Positions 18,320 to 27,762 of a stretch of 64,000 bases of DNA are shown here, one piece after another. The stretch is from Elusimicrobiota bacterium (lineage in GTDB: Bacteria > Elusimicrobiota > Elusimicrobia > UBA1565 > UBA9628). The notes beneath the pieces are model-generated. The model was given only the letters and a program-made list of their open reading frames with translations. It did no database searches and had not been told where the DNA came from. Every line of letters begins with the position of its first letter. The first letter of the stretch is position 1. The stretch is from NCBI GenBank assembly GCA_027371715.1, contig DAHXMM010000021.1, positions 18,923 to 82,922 of the forward strand, given 5' to 3'. The translations under genes and the position numbers were made by a program.

Positions 18320-19033
18320 TTAGGATTGAACACCGGCTTCGCTAAAAACCCCGTCCTGCATATGAAAAACCCGGAACGCCTTGAGCGCGGCTTCTTCATT
18401 GTGCGTCACTAAAACCACCGCAGTCAAACGCTGGCGGGCCAAGGCCTCCAAATCTTTAAATACCATTTCTCCGTTGGCCTTGTCGAGGTTTCCCGTCGGC
18501 TCATCAGCAAGAATAATGTCCGGCTGGTTCATCAAAGCCCGGCAAAGAGCGGCCCGTTGGCGTTCCCCGCCCGAAACCTGGGAAGGATAACGCTCGGCAA
18601 TTTGAGCGAGTCTCAAATGCCCTAACAAATCCAAGGCTCGCTTTCTTGCCTCGGAATAAGACGCTTTTTGGGCGCGGGTGGAGATCAAGGCGGGAAACAA
18701 AATATTTTCGAGAATCGTAAATTCAGAGAGAAGGGCGTCGAATTGAAAAACAAAGCCCAGTTTTTCATTTCGCAATAAGGCGCGCGCTTCTTCTTTTAAA
18801 GCGAGGGTCTTTTTTCCGGCAATGAAGACTTCTCCCGAGTCCGGCTGATCCATCAGTCCCAACATATTGAGAAGGGTTGATTTCCCCGATCCGCTGGGAC
18901 CTAGAATGGCGACAAATTCCCCGGGTTTCACGGCAAAAGAGACGTCTTTCAAAGCCACGACGGAATTTTCGCCTTTCCCGTAGGATTTTCTTAAATTTCG
19001 CGCTTCTAAAACGTAAGACGGGGCATTATCCAT
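18320..19033 (-). CDS. lolD: Lipoprotein-releasing ABC transporter ATPase
   Basis: GPSGSGKST, SGGERQR, ADEPTGNLD; follows lolC/E. Confidence 0.85.
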   Translation of the reverse strand: MDNAPSYVLEARNLRKSYGKGENSVVALKDVSFAVKPGEFVAILGPSGSGKSTLLNMLGLMDQPDSGEVFIAGKKTLALKEEARALLRNEKLGFVFQFDALLSEFTILENILFPALISTRAQKASYSEARKRALDLLGHLRLAQIAERYPSQVSGGERQRAALCRALMNQPDIILADEPTGNLDKANGEMVFKDLEALARQRLTAVVLVTHNEEAALKAFRVFHMQDGVFSEAGVQS

Positions 19034-20258
19034 AGTGAATGGCCTCAACCGGCTCAACCAAGGACGCTTTTCGTGCGGGATATAAAGTCGCTAAAACCGC
19101 AAGAAGCAGCCCCACGACAGAAACCGCCATCACGTCGGCCGTTTGAATATCCACCGGGACGCGCGAGAGATAATAAATATCCGAAGGAAGACGGACAATC
19201 GGATAATGGACGATGACGTAGCAAAGCGTAAAACCCAGCAACAGCCCCATCAAAAGACCGAAGCCGCCGATGATGAGACCCTCGGCCAAAAAGATTCGAC
19301 GAATCTGTTTAGGGGTCGCGCCCATCGCCTTTAAAATTCCGATATCCCGGGTTTTTTCAACGCTGTGGACAATCAAGGTCGAGGCGATATTGAGACTCGC
19401 CACCAAAATAATTAAAACCAAGATCAAAAACATGACGAATTTCTCGAGTTTCAAGGCGGAAAAAAGGGTCTGGTTCATCTGGGCGTAGGTGCGAACCACC
19501 GCGCCAAAACCAAGCTTTTGCCGCAACTCATCCGCCACTTGAGAGACCAAGGAAATATTTTTGAGCCGAACCTCAAGGCCCGTCGCCTGAGTCTTAAGAC
19601 CGAAAAAGGCGGCGGCGGCAGGAATATTGGTGTAGGCCGTCATCGAATCGTATTCATAATAGCCGGTGTGCAAAAGACCCAAGACTTTGAATTTTTGCAT
19701 CTTGGGGACTAGCCCGATGGCGGTCGCCATTTCTTTCGGAGAAACAAGAACCACTTCATCTCCCACCCATGCACCGACGTTTCGAGCCAATTCTTCTCCC
19801 AAAACAATTCCAGGAATTTTCCCGTTTTTGTCCAAGTCTTTCCAGGATCCCTCGCGCAATTTTTTGCCTAAATTGTTGACCTTAAACTCGCTAGAGGGTT
19901 CGAGACCTTTTAAAATAATCCCCGAGGTATTGTGATCGTAGGTCAAAATAGCTTGCCCAATCACAAAGGGCGCCGTCGCTTGGACATTCGGGTTGGAAAG
20001 AACTATTTTCTTAAATCCTTCGATATCCGCCGATTGTCCCAAGCCGTAGACGGTCATGTGCGCCTGGGCGCCGATAATTTTTTTCTCGATGTCGGTTTGA
20101 AAGCCGTTCATGACGGATAAGGTCGTAATCAAGGCCGCGACGCCCACGCAAACGCCCAAGATTCCAATCAAGGCCGTCGCTCCGGCAAAAAGGCCTTTGC
20201 GTTTAGCTTTGAGATACCGCAAGGCCACAAAAAGCTCAAACGGAAGAATTCGAGTCAC
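19026..20258 (-). CDS. lolC: Lipoprotein-releasing ABC transporter permease LolC/E
   Basis: ALRYL, LSVMNGF, IGILKAMGA, YPARKA. Confidence 0.88.
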   Translation of the reverse strand: MTRILPFELFVALRYLKAKRKGLFAGATALIGILGVCVGVAALITTLSVMNGFQTDIEKKIIGAQAHMTVYGLGQSADIEGFKKIVLSNPNVQATAPFVIGQAILTYDHNTSGIILKGLEPSSEFKVNNLGKKLREGSWKDLDKNGKIPGIVLGEELARNVGAWVGDEVVLVSPKEMATAIGLVPKMQKFKVLGLLHTGYYEYDSMTAYTNIPAAAAFFGLKTQATGLEVRLKNISLVSQVADELRQKLGFGAVVRTYAQMNQTLFSALKLEKFVMFLILVLIILVASLNIASTLIVHSVEKTRDIGILKAMGATPKQIRRIFLAEGLIIGGFGLLMGLLLGFTLCYVIVHYPIVRLPSDIYYLSRVPVDIQTADVMAVSVVGLLLAVLATLYPARKASLVEPVEAIHYG

Positions 20259-21805
20259 TGGCCCCCGTCGGGATCGACGCTCGGTTTAAGGGTGGGAAAG
20301 AAAATGACGTCTCGAATGGAGCTTTGACCGGTAAAGAGCATGACCAAGCGGTCAATTCCAATCCCGATTCCGCCGGTCGGCGGCATTCCGGCCTCCATGG
20401 CCTCGACAAATTCGGCGTCCAAAATATCCGCCTCGTCGTTTCCCTCGTCTTTCTTCTGACGCGCCTGTTCTTTGAGGCGCTCGACTTGATCGAGAGGATC
20501 GTTCAACTCGCTATAGGCGTTTGAAATTTCCTGACCGGCGGCAAAACATTCAAAGCGCTGCACCAAGGACTCAGTTCCAGCTTTCAGTTTGGCCAAGGGG
20601 GTTACCGCCGTCGGATAATCGAAGACGAAAGTCAGCCCCTCGAAATGATTGAGGATATGCAAATCCATGATGCGGTCGAAAATCTTGGCGCTGGAAACTC
20701 CGTCTCCAGCGGGAACGCGAAGGCGATGGGCCAAATCCAAAAGGGCCGCGGAATTAAAGCGCTTGCCGTCCAACACCTTCTCGATTTTTTCGCCGCAGAA
20801 TTTCTCCCAAGCCTCCGGCAGATAAACCCTCGCGAAAGGGGGTTTAAGCGAAATCTTTTTGCCGTTGAATTCAACCTCATGAATGCCCGTCGCCTCGGCG
20901 CAAGCCTCAACCAAGCGCTCGAAAAGAGCGGCCATGCCTTGGTAATCCGAATAAGCTTCGTAGGCCTCGATCATCGTAAACTCGGGGTTATGCCGGGTGT
21001 CGATTCCCTCATTTCTAAAAACCCGGCCGATTTCGTACACTTTGTCAAAACCGCCGATGATCAGGCGTTTTAAATAAAGTTCGGTCGCGATGCGCAGGAC
21101 CATGTCGGATTCAAGGGCGTTGTGATGGGTCTCAAAGGGTTTGGCCGAGGCCCCGCCCGCCTCAGACAAAAGAACCGGGGTTTCAACCTCGATAAAACCA
21201 AGGGAATCCAATGTCTTTCTAATCGTGGAAATAATGCGGCTCCTCAAAACGAAAACGCGGCGGGTTTCCTCGGAAGAAATCAAATCCAAATGACGCTGGC
21301 GATATCTGAGCTCGACATCCTTAAGTCCGTGCCATTTTTCCGGCAAGGGGCGAAGGGCTTTGGCCAGTAAAACAGCGTGGCTAGCCGCAATCGTCGGTTC
21401 GCCCGTCTTAGTTTTAAACATAGCCCCGGAGACAGAAATAAAATCCCCGGCATGGACGTCTCTTTTAATGAGCTCAAATTCCTGTTCCTTCATCGCGTCT
21501 TTCTTAAAATAAACCTGAATTTTCCCGCTTAAGTCTTCAAGATGGGCGAAAAGACTTTTCCCCATATCCCTAAGGCTCACCACCCGTCCAGCCGCGGCGA
21601 CTGTTTCCGAACCATGTTCGCCGACGGAAAGATTTTGAGCCAGGTTAAAAGCCTCAAGGCAAGAATGCGTTTTTTGAGACTGGTCCGGATAGGGCTCGAT
21701 ACCGCGCGAACGCAAGTCCAGAACCTTGGCGATTTTCTGAGCTCGAATTTCCTCCAAGCCCCCGGAAAGAGGAACAGCCCCCTTAGCTTCCACTGGATGA
21801 GTCAT
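20255..21805 (-). CDS. lysS: Lysine--tRNA ligase (class II)
   Basis: RYRQR, GRVFRNEG, GMPPTGGIGIGIDRL. Confidence 0.97.
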   Translation of the reverse strand: MTHPVEAKGAVPLSGGLEEIRAQKIAKVLDLRSRGIEPYPDQSQKTHSCLEAFNLAQNLSVGEHGSETVAAAGRVVSLRDMGKSLFAHLEDLSGKIQVYFKKDAMKEQEFELIKRDVHAGDFISVSGAMFKTKTGEPTIAASHAVLLAKALRPLPEKWHGLKDVELRYRQRHLDLISSEETRRVFVLRSRIISTIRKTLDSLGFIEVETPVLLSEAGGASAKPFETHHNALESDMVLRIATELYLKRLIIGGFDKVYEIGRVFRNEGIDTRHNPEFTMIEAYEAYSDYQGMAALFERLVEACAEATGIHEVEFNGKKISLKPPFARVYLPEAWEKFCGEKIEKVLDGKRFNSAALLDLAHRLRVPAGDGVSSAKIFDRIMDLHILNHFEGLTFVFDYPTAVTPLAKLKAGTESLVQRFECFAAGQEISNAYSELNDPLDQVERLKEQARQKKDEGNDEADILDAEFVEAMEAGMPPTGGIGIGIDRLVMLFTGQSSIRDVIFFPTLKPSVDPDGGQ

Positions 21806-21806
21806 T

Positions 21807-22211
21807 CTATTTTTTTCCAGTTAAAAGGTTGACAATTAAATCTTTTAAGACCTTCGGGTTAAAAGGCTTTTGAACATAGGCCGCGACATTGGGCGCCATT
21901 TCAAAAAGCTCGCGCATTTTTTGGCCCTTGGCCGTCAAAATGACGATCGGAATCTTGGCCGTTCTCGGATCGGCCTGGAGTTTGGCGTTCAAGGCGTATC
22001 CGTCCATCACCGGCATCATGATGTCTAAAATCACGATGTCCGGCAAAACGACGTTTAAGTCCGCAGGCTCAATGCCGAAATATTTCAAGGCCAGCTGGCC
22101 ATTCGCGGCGTCTGAGACCTCAAAGCCTGATTTTTCCAGAAACGCCTTAAGAAGCGTCACGATTTCCGGTTCATCATCTACAATCAAAACCCGCGGTTTT
22201 TTTTCGCTCAT
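21807..22211 (-). CDS. Single-domain response regulator
   Basis: VDDE, LDIMMP.MDG, LTAK, KPF. Confidence 0.9.
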   Translation of the reverse strand: MSEKKPRVLIVDDEPEIVTLLKAFLEKSGFEVSDAANGQLALKYFGIEPADLNVVLPDIVILDIMMPVMDGYALNAKLQADPRTAKIPIVILTAKGQKMRELFEMAPNVAAYVQKPFNPKVLKDLIVNLLTGKK

Positions 22212-22603
22212 TTTTTACGCTCCAGAATCTGCGCGATGACTTGCCTGAGTTTTTGAATATCAAAAGGTTTGTTGACATACGCGGCGACGTTGGCCCGGTC
22301 GAAAAGCTCCCGCATTTCGCCCTTGGCCGTCAAAACAATCACGGGAATTGAGCGGGTTGACTCCATTTCCTGGAGTTTTGTGCAAACGGAATAACCGTCC
22401 ATCACCGGCATCATAACGTCCAGCAAAATCAAATCGGGAATAAATTGAAGAGCTTCTGTTTTCTTGTTGAGGTCAACCCCCATCTTACCCAAAGCTTCAA
22501 GCCCGTTATAGGCTTCCGTCACCTTGTGCCCGTCTTTTTCAAGGAGAAATTTGAGCAAGGTGACGACGTCTTTCTCATCTTCTACGACCATGATATTAGC
22601 CAT
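22208..22603 (-). CDS. Single-domain response regulator
   Basis: VEDE, LDVMMP.MDG, LTAK, KPF. Confidence 0.9.
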   Translation of the reverse strand: MANIMVVEDEKDVVTLLKFLLEKDGHKVTEAYNGLEALGKMGVDLNKKTEALQFIPDLILLDVMMPVMDGYSVCTKLQEMESTRSIPVIVLTAKGEMRELFDRANVAAYVNKPFDIQKLRQVIAQILERKK

Positions 22604-22648
22604 AGGGGGATTTTAACATTTTTTGCGCGGGCTCAATGAGAATTCCGG

Positions 22649-24061
22649 TCAACGATCGGAAATAAAGATGTTCTTAATCTCGGCGTATTTCTCCAAGGCC
22701 CTCATGCCGAGGTCCCGCCCGAGGCCGGATTTCTTAAATCCCCCGAACGGCGCTTCTAAATGGACGCTGTGGGAACTGTTGACGGAGACGACCCCGCTCT
22801 TGACCGCCCGCGACACGCGCAGAGCTCTGCCGATGTCGCGCGTCCAGATCGAGGCCGACAACCCGTAGTCCGAATCATTGGCCAAGCGCACGGCTTCTTC
22901 CTCGTCCTCAAAGGGAATCACCGACAAGACCGGACCAAAAATCTCTTCTCGCACCATCCGCATTCCGGGCTTGGCGCGGGAAACAACCGTCGGCCGGAAA
23001 TAAAAGCCCTTCTTAAGGGATGAATCCTCCGGCGCTTTCCCGCCGCATAAAAGCTCGGCTCCCTCCTCGATGCCGGAAGCGACGTAATCCGCGACCTTTC
23101 GCCGCTGAGCCTCGGAGATCAAGGGGCCGATCTCGGTTTTGGGATCCAAGGGATCGCCGACGCGCATTTTTTCGGCGACGCGGACCAAGGCTTTAAGATA
23201 GCGGTCATAAATCCCCTTTTGAACGAAGGCTCTCGATCGCGCGCAACAGTCTTGTCCGGCGTTCGAGAAAACGGCCGCGGCCGAACGCTCGACGCAGAGA
23301 TCGAGCTCCGCGTCGTCAAAGATGATGTTCGGCGATTTCCCGCCCAGCTCCAAGGACACGCGCTTGACCAAGGGCGCCGCCATGGCCATGATGGAGCTTC
23401 CGGTCTTAGTCGATCCGGTAAACGAGATGTTGGGAATGCGCGGGTGTTCGACTATCGCGCGTCCGGCGGCATTTTGGGAATCAGTGAGCACGTCCAAGGT
23501 TCCCTTTGGAATTGCGGCTTCCACCGCCAATTCCGCGAGCCTTAAAGCCGTCAGCGGCGTGTAAGGCGAAGGCTTAAGTATCGCGGCGTTTCCCGCGGCC
23601 AAGGCCGGAGCGAATTTCCATGCGGCAATCATCATCGGATAATTCCAGGGAACAATCAGGCCGCAAATTCCGACCGGCTCATAAACGGTGAAATCAATCC
23701 CGCGATCGGAGACGGGAATCGTCTCGCCGAAATGTTTCTGGACCGCCCCCGCGTAATACTCGATTGTATCGGCCGCGGCATCGGCCTCATCCAAGGAATC
23801 CCGCAGCGGTTTCCCCGCGTTCGAGGTTTCCATCGCGGCCAAATGCTCGCGGTTTTTTCGGACCAAATTGGCGAAATCAAAGAGTTTGCGCGCGCGTTCC
23901 TTGGGCAAAAGGCGCGACCAAATCTCAAACGCTTTTTGCGCCGACTGGACTGCCCGGTCCACCTCGGGCGCGCCGCAGTCCGCGACCTCGGACAATATCT
24001 CGCCGGTCGCGGGATTAAAAACCGGGAACTTGGCTGAAACGCTCGTGGAAAGTTGGCTCAT
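22649..24061 (-). CDS. Aldehyde dehydrogenase
   Basis: [27 protein letters not shown]. Confidence 0.95.
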   Translation of the reverse strand: MSQLSTSVSAKFPVFNPATGEILSEVADCGAPEVDRAVQSAQKAFEIWSRLLPKERARKLFDFANLVRKNREHLAAMETSNAGKPLRDSLDEADAAADTIEYYAGAVQKHFGETIPVSDRGIDFTVYEPVGICGLIVPWNYPMMIAAWKFAPALAAGNAAILKPSPYTPLTALRLAELAVEAAIPKGTLDVLTDSQNAAGRAIVEHPRIPNISFTGSTKTGSSIMAMAAPLVKRVSLELGGKSPNIIFDDAELDLCVERSAAAVFSNAGQDCCARSRAFVQKGIYDRYLKALVRVAEKMRVGDPLDPKTEIGPLISEAQRRKVADYVASGIEEGAELLCGGKAPEDSSLKKGFYFRPTVVSRAKPGMRMVREEIFGPVLSVIPFEDEEEAVRLANDSDYGLSASIWTRDIGRALRVSRAVKSGVVSVNSSHSVHLEAPFGGFKKSGLGRDLGMRALEKYAEIKNIFISDR

Positions 24062-24070
24062 GGAATCTCC

Positions 24071-24850
24071 CTAAAAATAATTCGACGTGATGCCGCCATC
24101 AACGACAAGAGACGCGCCGTTGGTCCAGCTCGACTCATCGGATGCGAGATAGAGGGCCAAGAAAGCGATGTCCTCGGGCTTGCCGAATCGTCCCATGGGA
24201 ATGCGGTTCAAGCGCTTGGCTTTTTCCGCCGGTTCCTTGAACAGCCAGTCCATGAGAAGCGGCGTCTCGATCGGACCCGGACAGATGGCATTGGAGCGGA
24301 CTTTCTTGGGACCGAACTGCACCGCCAAGGATTTTGTCAGCGCGATGACCCCGCCCTTGGATGAGGTGTAGGCGTCTTGCGGGACGCTGCAGCCGACCAA
24401 GGCGACAAAAGAGGCGATGTTGATGACGGAGCCGCCGCCGGCTTTCACGATCTCGGGAATCCCGTATTTGCAGCCGAGATACACCCCCTTCAAATTGATT
24501 TGATAAACCAAGTCCCAGATGTCGGAATCGGTGTCAATGACGGAATGATCCTTCTCCGGGAAAATCCCCGCGTTGTTATAGAGAACATGAAGCCCGCCGA
24601 AGGCCTTGACCGCGGAAGCGACCATGCCTTGAGCGTCCCCCTCTTTCGAGACGTCAGCCTTGACGGCGATGGCTTTCCCTCCGCGCTTGAGTATCCCCTG
24701 CGCGACTGTTTCCGCCTCCGAGACGCGGACATCGGCGAGAACAACGCGCGCGCCTTCCGCGGCGAATAATTCCGCGGCCGTCCGTCCCATTCCCGAACCC
24801 GCTCCCGTAATCAAGCACGTCTTTGCCTCTAGTCTTCCCTTTCGTTCCAT
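24071..24850 (-). CDS. Short-chain dehydrogenase/reductase
   Basis: TGAGSGMG, NNAG, YTSSK. Confidence 0.93.
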   Translation of the reverse strand: MERKGRLEAKTCLITGAGSGMGRTAAELFAAEGARVVLADVRVSEAETVAQGILKRGGKAIAVKADVSKEGDAQGMVASAVKAFGGLHVLYNNAGIFPEKDHSVIDTDSDIWDLVYQINLKGVYLGCKYGIPEIVKAGGGSVINIASFVALVGCSVPQDAYTSSKGGVIALTKSLAVQFGPKKVRSNAICPGPIETPLLMDWLFKEPAEKAKRLNRIPMGRFGKPEDIAFLALYLASDESSWTNGASLVVDGGITSNYF

Positions 24851-24858
24851 AAACTCTC

Positions 24859-26232
24859 CTATATCCTTTCAAAATAGCGCGACAATTCCCAGCAGGTGAC
24901 CGCTCCGTCGAAGCTTTTCTGTTCCATCCGCGCCGCGTGCAGGTAATGGCGATGGACGTCCGCGCCGAAAGCCGCGAGCGCGGCCGCAGAGCGCTCCCAG
25001 CAGTCCGCCGCCGCGGCAAGAGACTTGGGAACCTCCGGGAGATCCGAGGCGTGATAAGCGTCGCCGTGAAATTCCGGCGCCAGCTTTAATTTCTTTTCCA
25101 TACCGTAAAGGGCGGAGGCGATAGCCGCGGCGAAAGCCAAGTAGGGGTTGGCATCGGCGCCCGGAATCCGGTTCTCGATCCGGAGGCTGGATTTTTCTCC
25201 CACGACGCGAAAGCCGCAGGTCCGGTTGTCTCTCGCCCACGCGATTTTCGTCGGGGCGAATGTCGTCGCCTGATAGCGTTTGTAGGAATTGATCGTCGGA
25301 GCGAAAAAAATCGAGAAGTCGCGCGCCAAAGCCATCTGTCCCGCCAAGGCCTGCTCGAAAAGCCGGGTGGGAGCCGCCGCGCGCGCGTCCCAGAACATGT
25401 TTTTTTTAACTTTAGCGTCCCACAAGCTTGAATGCAAATGGAAGCTGGATCCCGCGGATTTAGAATCGGGTTTGGCCATGTAGGTGACAGACGCTTCTTT
25501 TTGGATCGCGATTTCTTTCGCGCCATGTTTATAGATCGTGTGCCGATCGGCCATTTCGAGGGGATGAGCATAGCGCAAATTGATTTCCTGCTGGCCGAAG
25601 CCCCACTCGCCCTTCGAGCACTCGACGGGAACGCCGGCCGCCTCCATCTGATTGCGAATCTCGCGGACGAGAAACTCTTCCTTGGCGCCCTGGAGAATGT
25701 GATAGTCCTCGATGTAGGAGCCAATGGGTTCGAGCTGGTGGTAATTTTTCCGCCGCGCCCCATCGAAGGAATCCTTGAAAATATAGAACTCAAGCTCGGA
25801 GGCCGTCTGGAAAGAATACCCCATTTTCTCGGCGCGCGCAATCTGGCGCTTCAAAATTTGCCTGGGAGACGCCTCGACGGGACCTCCGTCCTCGAGCTCG
25901 AGATCGCAAATGACCAAGGCGGTCTTCGGCTCCCACGGCAAGAGCCGCAAGGTCGAGAGATCAGGGAGCATCTTAAAATCGCCGTAACCCTTCTCCCAGC
26001 TCGTGAGTTCATAGCCCTGAACGGGCTCCATTTCCATGTCAACGGTCAAAAGATACGCGCAGGCATGCGCGCCATGCCCCGCCACGGAGTCAAGAAAGAA
26101 GCGCCCGGTCACGCGCTTTCCCATCCAGCGCCCCAGCATATCCGGAAAAACCGCGAGCACGGTATCGACCTCATCGCGGTGGATGAGGGAACGGAGTTCT
26201 TGAAGAGACAATGTCCGGCGTGTCTGCTGCAT
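24859..26232 (-). CDS. Glutamine synthetase-like gamma-glutamyl ligase (GlnA4/PuuA-like)
   Basis: GRWMGKR, ELEF, GQQEIN, HLHSSL, INSYKR, ENRIPGADANPY. Confidence 0.88.
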   Translation of the reverse strand: MQQTRRTLSLQELRSLIHRDEVDTVLAVFPDMLGRWMGKRVTGRFFLDSVAGHGAHACAYLLTVDMEMEPVQGYELTSWEKGYGDFKMLPDLSTLRLLPWEPKTALVICDLELEDGGPVEASPRQILKRQIARAEKMGYSFQTASELEFYIFKDSFDGARRKNYHQLEPIGSYIEDYHILQGAKEEFLVREIRNQMEAAGVPVECSKGEWGFGQQEINLRYAHPLEMADRHTIYKHGAKEIAIQKEASVTYMAKPDSKSAGSSFHLHSSLWDAKVKKNMFWDARAAAPTRLFEQALAGQMALARDFSIFFAPTINSYKRYQATTFAPTKIAWARDNRTCGFRVVGEKSSLRIENRIPGADANPYLAFAAAIASALYGMEKKLKLAPEFHGDAYHASDLPEVPKSLAAAADCWERSAAALAAFGADVHRHYLHAARMEQKSFDGAVTCWELSRYFERI

Positions 26233-26320
26233 TTTTAAATTTCCTCCGTCATCCGAATGAGATATTCTGGATTAGTTGCCGCTAGTCGGTCAATCATTCT
26301 CAAAATGCCGCCTAATCATT

Positions 26321-27178
26321 CTATCTATCCCCAATGATTCTTCCATTCTGAAAGGAATAATTTTTTCTTGAGAAATCAAGCCGGCCCTCCGAGATACTCG
26401 CCGAGATGATTTCAGGGTCCGCGCACAAATCCCAGCGGCCGCGATCGAGTCCCTCGCTCGCGATGATAAGCGCATTTCCGCGGCGCGAGAAATTGAGGGT
26501 GTACCAAGGCTGGCGGGAATTGGAAAGAGCCTCATTGGGCGTTGGGACAAACACCGAGTGACAAAAAGCGTAAAGCGCGTTTTCCCTGGCGGCCACGGCG
26601 TTGAGGCTGGTGTAAGGCGCGCTTTTCTCGGGATATCGATGCGCGCAATCTTTCCAAAGGTCCCACAGTTCCTCGACGCAAAGCTCAAAGGCGGCGGCGG
26701 GATTTCCGGTTTTGGAGAGGAATTTGAAAAATTGCCAGAAATAAACCTCGCTGTCATTAAGGGACTTGACGCGCTTTTTGAGCGGCCCCAACCGCGAAGC
26801 GACTTCATCGGGAATTTCAACGGTTCCGTTGTGCGCGAATATCCATTCCCCGTTCTCGAAGGGCTGCGTATTTTCCGCGCTTAAGAGGAGCTTTTCGGGA
26901 ATTTTCCTGGGGTTGGACGCGGCTCGGATATGCCCAATGGTCACTTTGGAAACCGCACGCTCTGATGCCGCGGCAACGGCCGCGGGCTCCTCATAAGCCG
27001 GGCGCGGACTTTTGATAACCACGGGACGCGAGCCGTTGAAATAGCCGATTCCCCAGCCGTCTTTTTGCAGCCGGTCGGCCTTGAGTCCGCTTTGTTTGAG
27101 AAGGGAGAATTCCGAATGAACGATGAATTCATCGGCCCTTTCCGGCTGAGTCGAAATTTGAGCGAGGAAACGGCACAT
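26321..27178 (-). CDS. Class II (Ntn) glutamine amidotransferase/amidohydrolase, EgtC/YafJ-like
   Basis: N-terminal MCR, DGWG, HIRAAS, FAHNG, DSE. Confidence 0.88.
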   Translation of the reverse strand: MCRFLAQISTQPERADEFIVHSEFSLLKQSGLKADRLQKDGWGIGYFNGSRPVVIKSPRPAYEEPAAVAAASERAVSKVTIGHIRAASNPRKIPEKLLLSAENTQPFENGEWIFAHNGTVEIPDEVASRLGPLKKRVKSLNDSEVYFWQFFKFLSKTGNPAAAFELCVEELWDLWKDCAHRYPEKSAPYTSLNAVAARENALYAFCHSVFVPTPNEALSNSRQPWYTLNFSRRGNALIIASEGLDRGRWDLCADPEIISASISEGRLDFSRKNYSFQNGRIIGDR

Positions 27179-27246
27179 GCTTTAATTTAAACAAATTCAA
27201 GGCCGGTCAATTCCGCGACAACGCCCGAATTTGTCAGAATACCTAT

Positions 27247-27732
27247 GTGGCTGAGAAAAAAACCGAAGCGGACAAAAGCAAAATCAGCGTCGCCCTGAAC
27301 CGAAAGGCGCGGATGCTCTATGAGATTTTCGACACCTTCGAGGCGGGGCTTCTTCTCAACGGAGGCGAAGTCAAATCTTTGAGATCGGGACGCATTTCCT
27401 TGGACGGTTGTTTCGGGCAATCGAATGACGGTGAGCTTTATCTTTTTAATCTCCATATCCCCCATTATAGTTTTGACTCCAACGCCCCCACCGATCCGCG
27501 AAGGTCGCGGAAACTTCTTTTGCATAAAGCAGAAATACGAAAAATATTAACCCAGATTGACGCTAAGGGAATGACCCTGGTGCCGCTTGAGATTTATTTC
27601 AAGCGCGGCTGGGCCAAGGTGAGTCTGGGAATCGCGCGCGGAAAAAAAGGCCCCGACCGCCGGGAAGAACTCCACAAAAAAGCGCTCACACGCGAAGCCG
27701 AAAAGAGCTTTAAAGGAAAGTTCCGGGCTTGA
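27247..27732 (+). CDS. smpB: SsrA-binding protein
   Basis: NRKAR, EAGL.L.G.EVKSLR, RKLLLHK. Confidence 0.96.
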   Translation: MAEKKTEADKSKISVALNRKARMLYEIFDTFEAGLLLNGGEVKSLRSGRISLDGCFGQSNDGELYLFNLHIPHYSFDSNAPTDPRRSRKLLLHKAEIRKILTQIDAKGMTLVPLEIYFKRGWAKVSLGIARGKKGPDRREELHKKALTREAEKSFKGKFRA

Positions 27733-27762
27733 ATCGCTAGAAAAAAGACAGTCTTCCTTTCC

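Noticed and set aside
15328..26238. Long alternative ORFs (e.g. 15328..16191, 25086..25841, 25432..26238)
   Set aside because: Shadow frames of well-supported genes with no motifs
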